A stretch of 64,000 bases of DNA from Eledone cirrhosa. Taxonomy: Eukaryota. Location: positions 308,636,001 to 308,700,000 of the forward strand of contig OZ024743.1 of assembly GCA_964016885.1 (NCBI GenBank), read 5' to 3'. Of this stretch, positions 25,757 to 37,970 are shown one piece after another (position 1 is the first letter of the stretch; every line of letters begins with the position of its first letter). A program made the translations under genes and the position numbers. The notes beneath the pieces were generated by a model. The model saw only the letters and a program-made list of their open reading frames with translations. It made no database searches and was not told the origin of the DNA.

Positions 25757-25946
25757 GCTATAGATTGTATATATATTATAGAGGCTATATATTCTATAGG
25801 CTATATATTCTATACACTCTACAGGCTATACATTCTATATACTCTGCAGGCTATAGATTCTATATACTATACAGGCTATAGATTCTATATATTATACAGG
25901 CTATAGATTCTATATACTCTGCAGGCTATAGATTCTATATACTCTG
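25757..25946. repeat. Minisatellite, unit about 24-25 bp
   Basis: Repeated aggctatagattctatatactctgc. Confidence 0.9.
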
Positions 25947-26716
25947 AAGAAATAGGCAGCATGGCTTAGTGGTTAGGGTGTTGCAGTTACAATCATAATT
26001 TTTCATTACTTTTGTAAATTCCCTTTTTTTCCATTTTATTGTATTTTATGGGTAAATTGCAATAAACCGTAGTATAAATGTTATTAAAACGGAAAGAGTA
26101 CCAAGTTTTAGGAAAATATTTGTTATGACTGTGGGCCATAGAAAAGTAGTGTGCAGGCCATTTATGACCTGTGGGTTACATGTTTGAGACCCTTGCTATA
26201 ACATCATTTAGCACAACAGTGTGACAAGGCTAATTCTTTGATTTCTGTCCTTTAAGTTTAATTCATGGTGGTAGCATGTGGAATAAATTTACTTAAACTT
26301 CAGAAACATAGCACTTCATCTCTTGCACAATGTTATTTATACATATCACATCCAGCTCATTCTGGCTACATCTGCTCTGAAACACTTGTTTCTAGTTTTG
26401 AGGTGGTGAACTTGCAAGAAGCATTATTGTCACTAATTTTTTTACAGCTGAGTGGATTAGAGCAGCATGAAGTAAAATGTTTTGCTCCAGGACACAGCAA
26501 GCTGCCTGGTCTGTGAATCAAACTCATAACGTTTGTAGTTGAGTTCAACACCTTAACCACTAAGGACTTGCAGTAAAGAATGATAAAACAAACTTGGTTA
26601 GAACATTCAGTGTCTTCATGTGAATCCCTGTGATATGTCTATTTATATATCATGTATCTCTTCTTTATGTGTCTTGTGTATGCTCTATCTCTTAAGTCTG
26701 ACATTTTCTCTTGCAG

Positions 26717-26840
26717 TTGGTCTTCCAGAAAGGTGATGTTATCACGGTAACCCAGGTCGTAGATGGTGGATGGTGGGAAGGTACTTTAAGTGGTAAAACT
26801 GGCTGGTTCCCAAGTAACTATGTGAAAGAGTACAAACCTG
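26717..26840 (+). CDS. ARHGEF7: PIX-family Rho-GEF exon: C-terminal part of SH3 domain
   Basis: ttgcag| acceptor and |gtaagt donor. Translates [41 protein letters not shown], closely matching the beta-PIX SH3 (GGWWEG...GWFPSNYV). Phase 0 in, phase 1 out. Confidence 0.95.
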
Positions 26841-27143
26841 GTAAGTAAATATTGCTTTACTCCATATTCTCACTCATCTATAAGGAAGGTGAGTGGCTTA
26901 CTGGTTAGAGAATTGGATTCACAATTGTGAGGTTGTGAGTTTGATTTCTGGACTGGCGATGCATTATGTCCTGAGCAAAATATTTGTTTCATGTTGCTTT
27001 TTCTGCTAGGAGTTGTCACCAGTATATAGTATCAACAATGGAAAGAGTAATGGGAACATTGTTTCCTTGGTCCAATTTGACAAGTTCACCCCCCCCCCCC
27101 CCCACACACACACAAAGAGAATGAGATCTGGGATCTTGTTGAT

Positions 27144-27925
27144 TCATCATCATCATCATTGTTTTACACCTGCTTTTCCTTGCTTGCAAGGGTGAGACAG
27201 GTCCTCTTCAGCACAGCATCTCTCCAGTCACCATGTCCTTCATCATCTCTGTGAGCTTGGCGATCTGAGGTCACCTCTCACCACCTCTGCCAATGTTTTT
27301 CGTGGTCTTCCTCTACTGTGTCTTCTTTCCACCGGGATTTCTTGACACTTCTTCACCCATCGGTTATCATCCATGCACATTACATGACTATACCAACGCA
27401 GTCTTCTCTCCTGCACACTACAGTTTATTCCTCTTATACACAGTTTCACTCTCAACTTGTCCATGCTTGGTTGTTCACGCACATTGACATTGCTACATCC
27501 ATCGAAGCATGCTTGCTTCATTTCTCGCCAGCCTTCACATATCCTCCGCAATTGCTGCCCATGCCTCACTACCATGCAACATCGTGCATCTCACACAGGC
27601 ATCATACAACCAACCTTTTGTTCGTAGGGAGAAACCCTTTGTTGTCAACAGAGGAAACAGCTCCCTAAACTTCTTCCATAAACTGCTAATCTGATCACTA
27701 GATATCGGAAGCTATCAACCACTCTATAGATCCTACCTGCATTTGAAAAATGTGCCTATCACTGACACTTCTACTACCAATTTTCCCTGAACATCTACTT
27801 CATATGAAGTTTTCCTTTTCTGTTAGTTTGCCTGCTATCCCACTACACCTCTTGTGTACCCAAGATCTGAATTGTGTACATTCTATAGAATTTTTGCTAA
27901 GAGCATGGCCATTTCCCTGATGGAA
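27144..27925 (-). mobile_element. RTE LINE 3' fragment
   Basis: RRLRWYSHV and RGRPRKT, with the family 3' end and (GAT)n tail. Confidence 0.88.
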
Positions 27926-28354
27926 CTACTTGTTTATTTATAATCTTTATTCTTTAATTCTTTTACTGGTTTCATTCATTGGACTGCTGCCATGCTAGAA
28001 CACCATCTTCAAAGGATTTAGTCTGTCATATCAGCACCAGTACTTTTTTTTTTCAAGTTTTGTACTTATTTTGTTGATCTCATTTTATCGAATCTCTAAG
28101 TTAGGGTAAATATACATATCATGGTCACACACATGAACTTCCACACACTTTTCTGTCTACCTAATTTCCCTTTTCGAGCATTGCCCAAGCTACTGCACAG
28201 TGGTACTGAGCTCGAAACCACATGGTTGTGAATTCCTTAACCACGTAATCATGCCTATGTCTGTTGTTGCTATGTTTTGATAACAACATTAGGCCCACAG
28301 GTATATAGGATACTTCATTTAACCAGGGAATATATATATATATATATATATATA

Positions 28355-31040
28355 ACTATCAGTGACACAAACTTCAAAATACGAGACAATCACTTGATCA
28401 CCTATAGATCAGGGGAACATGCCAGTCAGATAGATTATATCCTTACCAGAAGACGTGATAGTGTCTGTTGTAAACACTAAATCCCTCCCCCGTGAAGAAT
28501 GCAGCTCCCAAATAGCCTCATAGTTAGTGACCTCAGACGTACTCAACAACAGAGGAGGACTACCCTGATGAGAAGAATATGGAAGTTAAAGGACCCCACA
28601 GCCAGTAACAAATTTTAAAGCATATTACTTGATGCTTTTGACAGTAAGGAAGAGCAATTAGAGATGTACAATATAGAGGAACAGTGGAAATTCCTGAAAG
28701 TTAACCTGCTGAAGGCAACAGATGAAATCTGTGGCTGGAGCAGACCTATAGGCAGGACAAGAGTAACTTGGTAGTGGAACAGTAAGGTGGAGGAGTCAAT
28801 CAAGGCTAAAAAGCAGGCTTGGAAAGTATGGTAGGATGGGGGAAGTAGAGAACACTATCAAGTGGTCAGGAGGGAAGCTAGGAGACAAGTGTACTTTGCA
28901 AGAAGGGAAGCAGAGGAAAGAAAGTTCAAGCATGTTCTACAACACGAGGACCAAAAACGCGAGGTGTTCAGGATTGCAAGACAATGTGTCAAGGAAAACC
29001 GTGATGTTGTCGGGGAGAAGTGTGTCCGTAATGATGATGGTGTACTTGCCATCACTGATGCTGATAAGAAGGTATTCTATAAATGAGGAGAAATAAATGG
29101 GAAAAAGATAGTCTGCCCCAAATCGATCCAATAGAGGGACCAGCAGTGCAAGTTAAAGGTAGTATAATAAGTAAGGCAATCAAAGATATGAAGACAGGCA
29201 AGGCAGCTGGGCCTTCGGAGATAGTTGCTGAAATGCTGAAAACATCTGGAATGGTGGGACACACTATGGTCACCCGGATAGTAAAACAAGTCATACAGAA
29301 TGGGGTCATACCAAATGACTGGCAGAGCAGCACCATCATTAACTGCTACAAGGGTAAAGGAGATACTTTAGATAGGGGAAAGTATAGATGCATTAAATTG
29401 GTTGACCAGGTCATGAAGGTCACAAAAAGAGTTATAACGCAACTAATCTGAGAGCGAATTGATCTAGATGAAATACAGTTTGGGTTTGTGTCGGGTAAAA
29501 GTACCACCAGTGAAGAATTTAGCATAAAAGTTGGTGTTCATCAAAGCTCTGCCCTTAGTCCCCTCCTATTTATTATTGCCCTTCAGGCTATAACAGAGGA
29601 GTTCAAGACCGGCTGCCCATGGGAACTTCTATACGCAGATGATCTAACTCTCATAGCTGAATCGATGGCTGAACTAGAGAAGAAATTCCAAACTTGGAAG
29701 CATGGCCTAGAATCAAAAGGCCTTAAAATTAACTTGTCTAAGACTAAAGTTCTAGTATGTAGAAAGGAAAATAGGGCACAGGTGCCCTCTGGGAAATGGG
29801 CATCGTCAGTGTGTAGGAAAGGAATAGGCAGAAATTCCATATATCCCAAATGCAAACTATGGGAACATAAAAGATGTAGTGGGATCACAGGTAAGCTATC
29901 TAAGAACATAGATTTTATATGTGGCCGATGCTCAGGTGCTAGCTCCTTCTATTGCCCAGATGGGTCTATAGAAATAGTGGACACCTTCCGTTACCTGGGT
30001 GACAAAATCAGCAGTGGTGGAGGGTGCTCCGAAAGTACAGTAGCCAGAGTCAGAACGGGATAGAAAAAGTTCAGAGAGCTTATACCACTATTGGCCACTA
30101 AAGGTTTCTCTCTAAAAATGAAAGGCAGATTGTATGATGCCTCTATACGAACAGCAATGTTACATGGCAGTGAGACTTGGGCTTTCTGTGCAGAGGATCT
30201 GCGCAGACTGGAGAGGAACAAAGCATCCATGCTCCGTTGGATGTGTAATATTAATATACGCTAACGGCAAAGCATAAATGAACTATGAGAAATTAGGAAT
30301 AAGAGGGATCAGATGCTGTTTACTCGAGAGAAGACTACATTGGTATGGTCACGGGATGCGCATGAAAGACGACAGTTGTATAAAAAAGTACAGGGCGATC
30401 AAAATTGGTGGAAGTTACGGAGTAGGTAGACCCAGAAAAACCTAGGACAATTGTGATAAATTCTGACCTTACACACTTACACCTCTCTAAGACAATGTCA
30501 CTGGACCGAGATCTTTGGTGCTATGCAGTAATACTATGTACAAAGGGAAACCTACAGTCAGTAGGCACCTCTTAACCAAATATATACCCCATACCACTAC
30601 CCCACCCTCCCTACCACCCACCCATACTCCCACACCCACCCCTACTCCCCCACCTACCCCTACACCCCCACCATGCTCCCCCTACCCCTAATCCCCCACC
30701 CACCCTACTCCCCCACTCCCACCAACACCACCTTTTCTCTGTAAAGTTATGTTGGTACCACAACATCCAGTCCGAAACAAATGAGGTCGTGTAGGTGTCA
30801 CAACAAAAAAAACACACAGTCCACGCTGTAATGTGGCCGTGTAGGTAACACGGTAAAAACCTCCCAGTCCACACTGTAAACGTGGTTGGTGTTAGGAAGG
30901 GCATCCAGCCGTAGAAAACCTGCCAGACAGTCCTATACGAGCGAGACATGGTCATCCGACCAATCTTGCCTCAAGTAGGACAATTCCCGTCTAAACCCAT
31001 GCTAGTGTGGAAGATGGGCGTTAAATGATGATGATGATGA
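28355..31040 (+). mobile_element. RTE LINE (long-3'-UTR subfamily), 5'-truncated with internal deletions
   Basis: SQIDYIL (APE end), KAAGPSEIVAEMLK, LLYADD, PHD-type finger and FRYLGD. Closely similar to 12044-13890 in opposite orientation. (GAT)n tail. Confidence 0.92.
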
Positions 31041-31046
31041 TATATA

Positions 31047-31860
31047 TCATCATCACCGTTTTACGTCCGTTCTTCCACGCTAGCATGGGATAGACGGGTT
31101 GTCCTGTTGTGGGCAGTGTCCAGTCGGCTGACCATGCCTTGCTCATACGGGACCTGATTTTGGCTTGATTTCGACTGCTGGATGCCCTTCCTAACACCAA
31201 CCTCATTTTCAGTGAGTGCTGGGTGCTTTCTTCCCGTGGTGACTACACGTCCGCTTTACAGTGTGGGCTGGGTGCTTTTTTGCCGTGGCACCTCGATGAC
31301 CACTTTGCAGTGGGAGGGTGTGGGGGCATATTGTCTATATGCTTCAGCTTTGGCTTGTACCCGTGGGAGGGGGGTAGGTGGGGTAGAGTCTTCTGTATTA
31401 CTGTGTGACGCCAGAGGTCACGGTCATGTGTCATCGCCTTTGAGAGGTGTAATTGGGTAAGTTGGCTTTTATCACCTCATCCCAGGTCTTCTTGGGTCTC
31501 CCCACTCTGCGGTTACCATCGACTTCTAGTGCTCTGCACCTTTTTATGCAGCTGTCATCCTTCATACACATCACATGTCCATACCTCCTGCACACAACAT
31601 TTGATTCCTCTTATGCTCAGTCTCTCTCTCAATTCGTTTATGCTTTGCCGTTCGCGTATATTACTATCACACATCCATCGGAGCATGCAGGCTTCGTTTC
31701 TTTCTAATCTACGCAAGTCTTCCACAGACAGCGCCCAGGTCTCAGTGCCATGTAACATTGCTGTTCGTATACACGCATCATACAGTCTGCCTTTCATTTT
31801 GAGGGAAAAGCCTTTTGCAGCTAGCAGTGGCAGTAGCTCCCTGAACTTCTTCCATCCCGA
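31047..31860 (-). mobile_element. RTE LINE 3' fragment, tail-to-tail with the previous copy
   Basis: KGRLYDACIRTAMLHGTETW, long 3' UTR and (GAT)n tail. Confidence 0.88.
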
Positions 31861-31915
31861 GTTATTGTACTTATATATATATTGTATTTATATATATATA
31901 TTGTACTATTGTACT

Positions 31916-31954
<39 letters not shown>

Positions 31955-31959
31955 ATGCT

Positions 31960-32195
31960 TTGGGTGGGTCATGTTGCCAAAAAGAAACACAGGCACCAGT
32001 TGCTTTCACTCCAATTTATTATAAATTAAATTTATAAATTTAAGAATTTATAAATTTCCGGTTGGTTGGTTGGTTGGTTGGTTGGCTGGCTGGTTGGTTG
32101 GTTCCATAACCGGACGGTTGTTCATATATTGTCAAAGTTCTTTTGTCACACATTCTGTGACCTCTTCAGTGACTGGGGATTCTTTTCTTTGTTTT
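31960..32195 (-). mobile_element. Short non-coding dispersed element carrying a hammerhead-like motif
   Basis: Shares gggtcatg(t/c)tgcca, ttcact..aatttattataa and caaag(t/c)tcttttg.cacaca with 14100-14250 and, inverted, with 56204-56300. Confidence 0.55.
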
Positions 32196-33000
32196 CAAAG
32201 AAAAGAATCCCTATTATATGATTATATGATGCGTGTACATGGACAGCAATGTTGCATGGTAGTGAGGTCTTGTTGCTGTGTGCAGAGAACTTGCGTAGTT
32301 TGGAATGAAATGAAGCTTGCATGCTTTGATGGATGTGCAATAGTAATATACGTGAATGGCAAAGCATAAATGAGCTGAGAGAGAAACTATGCATAAGAGG
32401 GATGGTGCCAGATCTCAAGTTATGAAGTTCACTGGAAGAAGGAGAGGAAGAGGATGGAAACTTGAGAGGAGTTAAAAAAGCCCTAGAAATGCTGTATCTC
32501 AAAATGGCACCCCTACAACTCCCCCAAGAGTTACGGGACCATGCATACATAATGAAAAGATAGTTCTAACACTATTAGGGGGTGGCTAATATTCTAGCAG
32601 TGGATGTTAGTCTAAATTGTTTGAGAAATATATTTGAAATAATGTTATTTAGGTATTTATTCAGTTTTCTATGAGAATATATTTCCATGTAGTGGTTTGT
32701 GATAGTCATTATTCTCTGAGCAGCAGTAACATTTTGAATTGTGTAGGCCATATTGAGTCCACATTGTTTGTGACAGTCATAGAAAGTTATATCTAGTAGC
32801 ACATGATTTCAATTGTTTCTTCAAACAGTATTGCATTTTTTTAATTCCATTCATTGTCTTCTGTAACTCCATTTTAGTTCATATGATTCTGTATTTGTTG
32901 TTGTTGGGGTAGGGAGACATGAAAGAAAGGGTGGTATAGTAGTCATTTTATAGCTCTGATAAGCAAGAACATTCAGCTGGATTTAATTTTTGCTATATAC

Positions 33001-33274
33001 TAGTGTTTCCCAACTTTTTACCAACCAAGGATCCTTATTATTTAAATGTATTCTTCCACGGATTCCCTGCAATGTTTACTCTTCTCTTAGATTTTAATAC
33101 AGTGAGATTAACAATCAAGAAAGGAAAATGTTTGTTTAGAGAAGACTGGATTCCCAGTAGTGGGTGCATATCTTTTTAACATTGTACTTGAAATTTTGAA
33201 CATAGCTCACGGACCTCCAGCACTATCTTTGCAGACCCCCATGGGGTCCATGTACCATAGCTTGGGAACTGCTG
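33001..33274. mobile_element. hAT-type MITE
   Basis: TIRs TAGTGTTTCCCAA ... TTGGGAACTGCTG with a perfect 8-bp target duplication CTATATAC (32993-33000 and 33275-33282). Confidence 0.82.
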
Positions 33275-34739
33275 CTATATACAATGATTTTTGGACTGTA
33301 TGTATTATTATTTTGTTGTTATTGTTGTTGTATCGGTAGTTCTGAATAACTTTTAATCTTTAATATAGTATTGAGAAATTTCTGTTCACCTTCGTCAAAA
33401 GACTTTTCTTTGTCTATGAAGTCAAGGTGTTGCTCTTTGGTGCGGTTGATTGTTATTTCACATATCTACATCAGTGCACCACCTACGTTTTCCTCAACCC
33501 CATCCATGTTTCCACCTTGAATCTTGTGTGTTGTTCCAATATTTTAGCATGCACTTTACCAAAAATGTTTAGCAGTGAGATGTTCCTGTACATACAACTG
33601 TCTTTTGCTGCCATTATTCTTCTTGAATATCAGTGCTATCATTGCCTCTGTTTGTTTTATTGAGGAATTTGGTTATTGACTTTTTATAGCATGTCAGGAG
33701 TTGCAACTAGTAGATAAAATCAGCAATGGAAAGACCAATGGAAACATTGTTTCCTTGGTCTGATTTGACAAGCTCCACCCACAAGTAAATGAGGTCTGGG
33801 ATCTTGTCAATCGATTCCTATAGCATGCTATATTGATGTTTTTGAGTTATTTTACCTCTTCAATATCGTAAGTAAATAAATATGAATATTTCATTATATA
33901 CTAATTTTAGTATTTGGAATTGATATTCCAATCTATTGATGAGAATATTGATTATCTCACTAAATCTTTGAGTTGATATCTGGGCCTTGCATATATGGTG
34001 TTCGTTGTTGGGAATTGTGACAATAGTTGCACTTGACATTGTTGATCGCTGTGTATGGGTGGCCTCTCTTCTCGATGTTGTGAATCCACTGGCAGGAGCT
34101 GGCTCAACCCACCCTGGGTGAATGCTGACACAAATACAAGTAATTATTTATTCTCTCCAAATTTTTGATTATTTAACAAATTAATTGAAAATTGTAGGAC
34201 TGTCATTGATTAGAAACATGTTATCAAAAAGGTTAAATATAATATTGCTTGATTATACTTTCTGCTATTAAGTCAGTGTATTTCCTATTGGTTTTAACAA
34301 CTATTTTTCTAAATTATGAATAAGCATTTAACTAATATATATATATATATATGCTAGCATGGAAGATAGACGTTAAACGATGATGATGATATATATATAT
34401 ATATATATATTGGCACTACATATCTCTATACCCACTATGCATTTTCTCATGCATTGAGCTGCCTCCTTGGTCTCAGCACCACAGACTATATATATCATCA
34501 TCATAATCATCATTTTACGTCCGCTCTTCCCTGCTTGCAAGGAATATATATATATAAAATAAGAAAAAACACTATGAAGTTTCATTTGCATGTTCTTATG
34601 TTTTTATTATCGTCCAGTTACACACCTTTATCATGTAAACGAAGTAACTTTGTTTTTCTTATTATATACACTCTACCTATGCATTGAGTGCTTATATTGG
34701 GACCACCACCAGTAATTCATTGAATCACCTATATATATA

Positions 34740-35050
34740 TATATATATAAAGCATATAGGCAATATGCCCCCACCCCCTCCCACTGCAAAGTGGTTGTCG
34801 AGGTGCCATGGAAAAAAGCACCCAGCCCACACCGTAAAGTGGACGTGTAGGCGCCACGGAAAAAAAGTACCCAGCACTCACTGTAAATGGGGTTGGTGTT
34901 AGGAAGGGCATCCAGCTGTAGAAATCAAGCCAGAATCAGTTCCTGTAAGAGCAAGACATGGTCAGCCGACCGGCTACTGCCCACAACAGGACAACCCGTC
35001 TAACCTATGCTAGCGTGGAAGAACGGACGTAAAACGATGATGATGATGAT
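34740..35050 (+). mobile_element. RTE-derived 3' module (non-coding), inserted in (TA)n
   Basis: Repeated aaaaagcacccag.cacac.gtaaa units, ggttggtgttaggaagggcatccagc motif and RTE 3' terminus with (GAT)n. Confidence 0.8.
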
Positions 35051-35302
35051 ATATATATGTATATATGTATGTGCACACACACACACATATTGTGAGTCTG
35101 CAATATGGGGACTGGGATGACCACAAATCAGAAGTACTTGATACATGGTAAGATGCAGAGTGGGTATATTAGTGAAAGTAGAAGATTGCCCTCTTCTGGC
35201 TAGAAGAGGTAATTAGCCGAAACTGCTGAGCATGCAGTTATATTTTCTACTAATGAAAATCATAAATTTCCGTTTAATATTGCTTCCATTATTTAACCGC
35301 AG

Positions 35303-35493
35303 GGCAGTGGATTGGCAGTATCGGGAGGGGGTCGGCCGCTATGCTTTGCAGCATAGTTACGGCCCTTTACGATCTGAGTTCAAATCCCACTGAGTTTAAC
35401 TTTGCCTTTCATCCTTGCGGGGGTCGTTAAAATAAAGCACCGGTAATGCACTGGGATAATTGCTGGCCTTGTGCCAAAAGTAGAAACAATTAT
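35303..35493 (+). mobile_element. tRNA-derived SINE (family A)
   Basis: ttggcagtatcgg head, gagttcaaatccc B-box, tail aagtagaaacaattatt. Confidence 0.8.
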
Positions 35494-35496
35494 TTA

Positions 35497-35740
35497 ACCG
35501 TTTTGATACCAAACCACCTGAAACCTCCTCTCCTTCTACAACAGAAAACTGCTTCTTTTAAAGTGTTTATGCTTAAATTTAAACTTTCCAACATAATTTT
35601 ATGTAAGAATATTTTACAATGTTTCAAACACACTTAATGAGAAAGTTATATTAAAATATCCCTCCAAGTTCTTGACAAGTTTCAAAATTATTTCAAATTC
35701 ATAGACACTATTTTTCATTAGAAATATGGCAGTGAAAGGG
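35497..35740. mobile_element. Second TTAA-flanked MITE family (piggyBac-like), degenerate
   Basis: ttaaccgttttgataccaaaccacctgaaac ... gaaagggtcaa. Related copies near 7195-7445, 8040-8180, 16780-16975, 38435-38652 and 47845-48000. Confidence 0.55.
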
Positions 35741-36259
35741 TCAAGTTTCCACTGACCTATTCTATTTTTACTCCTTCATTCTTCATGTAGTATTCATTTT
35801 TATTTAAATTCATATCTGTAGTCCACATTGAATGTATAGACATGTAAACATTTGAATATATATCTGTATATATACAGTTCACATTGAATATATAAACATT
35901 AACATTTAAATATATATCTGTGCATATACAGTCCACATTGAATATAGCCTTGTAAACATATATCTATGCATATACATGTAGCCTCATCAGAAGATATATC
36001 ATCAAACAATGACAAGGAAGTACGTAACTGAGGGCCATATATACCCTAATAAATACAGTAGAGCTTATATCAACTTTGTTCATTATTTACCCAAAATTAA
36101 AATTATCTGTTTGATACATAACTAACTTTACCTGTTTTTTTTTTTTTATCGTTTGCACTTTAACTTTAATTTTGTAAATATTTCTCTTTGTAACAAATTT
36201 CTGAATCGAAAAAAAAAAAGAAGAAAAATATTCAAGTTAGAAATATTTATTTGTTTCAG

Positions 36260-36351
36260 ATAACGTGTCTAGTCCACCAAAACTTACTCCACCTGATGTC
36301 AAAAGTACAATAGAAGCTCCCAGAGAAAATACGAATTTTTATCACAATGTT
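36260..36351 (+). CDS. ARHGEF7: PIX exon: SH3-DH linker
   Basis: tttcag| and |gtaagt. Phase 1 to 0. (D)NVSSPPKLTPPDVKSTIEAPRENTNFYHNV ends like the beta-PIX SYYNV segment before the DH domain. Confidence 0.88.
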
Positions 36352-36734
36352 GTAAGTAGTTCTCTTTAGTTTTACAAAATTTATTGAAAAAAAAAAAAAA
36401 TCGTAGGCTAGAATTTTAATTCTTTGCATTTGATATCTTAGATGGTGATATTTGTTCAAATTCGGCATAAAAAGTGATCTCATAGCTTAGCAGTCAGATG
36501 TACACAGATTCGTACCTTACTTTGATAATAATAATAATGAAATTATGTACAGTGCTCAGGTGCACTACAACTCATCAAAGGTGCATGTATAGTACAAAGA
36601 AAACAACTAAAAAAAGAAGGGTTGCCATGAAGGGCAATTGACTATAATACTACCTCATAGAGATACATGATGATGATGATGATGTTGAATGAAGTATTAA
36701 ATTTCAGAATTGTGAAACTTGGTTATTGGCTTAA

Positions 36735-36944
36735 CCCTTTAATGTTCAAACCGGCCAGAATTCTCTACCTCTTTCTGTTGAAACTGGCTGTAACTGGTCG
36801 CTCAAACTGATGTTAAGCTATTGTTCTCAAAATAAATACTTTCAAAATCTCATAGATTCAATATTATGTGAGATAATTATGTGAAGTAAAGCCTTTACCA
36901 TGAAAATACAATAGTATATATAAAATAATGTGAATACTAAAGGG
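36735..36944. mobile_element. piggyBac-type MITE copy (reverse orientation)
   Basis: TTAA|CCCTTTAATGTT ... AATACTAAAGGG|TTAA. Confidence 0.78.
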
Positions 36945-37007
36945 TTAATATGGTATATTTACGTTGTTGTAACTGCTCTTATATTGAGCTAAAGCAATCT
37001 TCTGGAG

Positions 37008-37970
37008 ATAATGTTTGGAACACTTATTTAACACTGTCATCAACATATTGTTGTTTGGAACACTTAGTTGACATTGTTATCATATTGATGTTTGGAACAC
37101 TTAGTTAACACTGTCATCATATTGATGTTTGGAACACTTAGTTAACACTGTCATCATATTGATATTTGGAACACTTAGTGTTAACTAAGTGTTCCAAATA
37201 TCAATATGATGACAGTGTCAACTATCATCATATTGATGTTTAGAACACTTAGTTAACACTGTCATCATATTGATAATGTTTGGAACACTTAGTTAACACT
37301 GTCATCATATTGATGTTTGGAACACTTAGTTAACACTATCATCATATTGATAATGTTGGAAACACTTATTTAACACTGTCATCAACATATTGATGTTTGG
37401 AATACTTAGTTGACACTGTCATCATATTGATAATGTTTGGAACACTTAGTTAACACTGTCATCATATTGATAATGTTTGGAACACTTAGTTGACACTGTC
37501 ATGATAGTGATGTTTGGAACACTTAGTTGACACTGTCATCATAGTGATGTTTGGAACACTTAGTTGACACTGTCATCATATTGATGTTTGGAACACTTAG
37601 TTGGCACTGTCATCATATTGATGTTTGGAACACTTAGTTGACACTGTCATCATAGTGATGTTTGGAACTCTTAGTTGACACTGTCATCATAGTGATGTTT
37701 GGAACTCTTAGTTGACACTATAATCATATTGATAATTGTTTCTTCTTTTGTCACAAGGCCAGCAATTATCCCAGTGCATTACTGGTACTTTATTTTATCG
37801 ACCCCGTAAGGATGAAAGGCAAAGTTAACCTCGGCGGGATTTGAACTCAGAATGGAAAGGGCCGTAACTCTATGCTTAATGCGTTAATATTGATAATGTT
37901 TGGAACACTTAGTTGACACTGTCATCATATTGATAATGTTTGGAACACTGAGTTGACACTGTCATCATCA
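37008..37970. repeat. 36-39 bp minisatellite array (about 20 units) interrupted by a SINE at about 37735-37870
   Basis: Unit tgatgtttggaacacttagtt(g/a)acactgtcatcatat, head-to-tail with no spacers. Confidence 0.95.

Noticed and set aside
37008-37970. 36-bp repeat array as CRISPR
   Set aside because: Units are contiguous with no unique spacers, there are no cas genes and the context is a eukaryotic intron.
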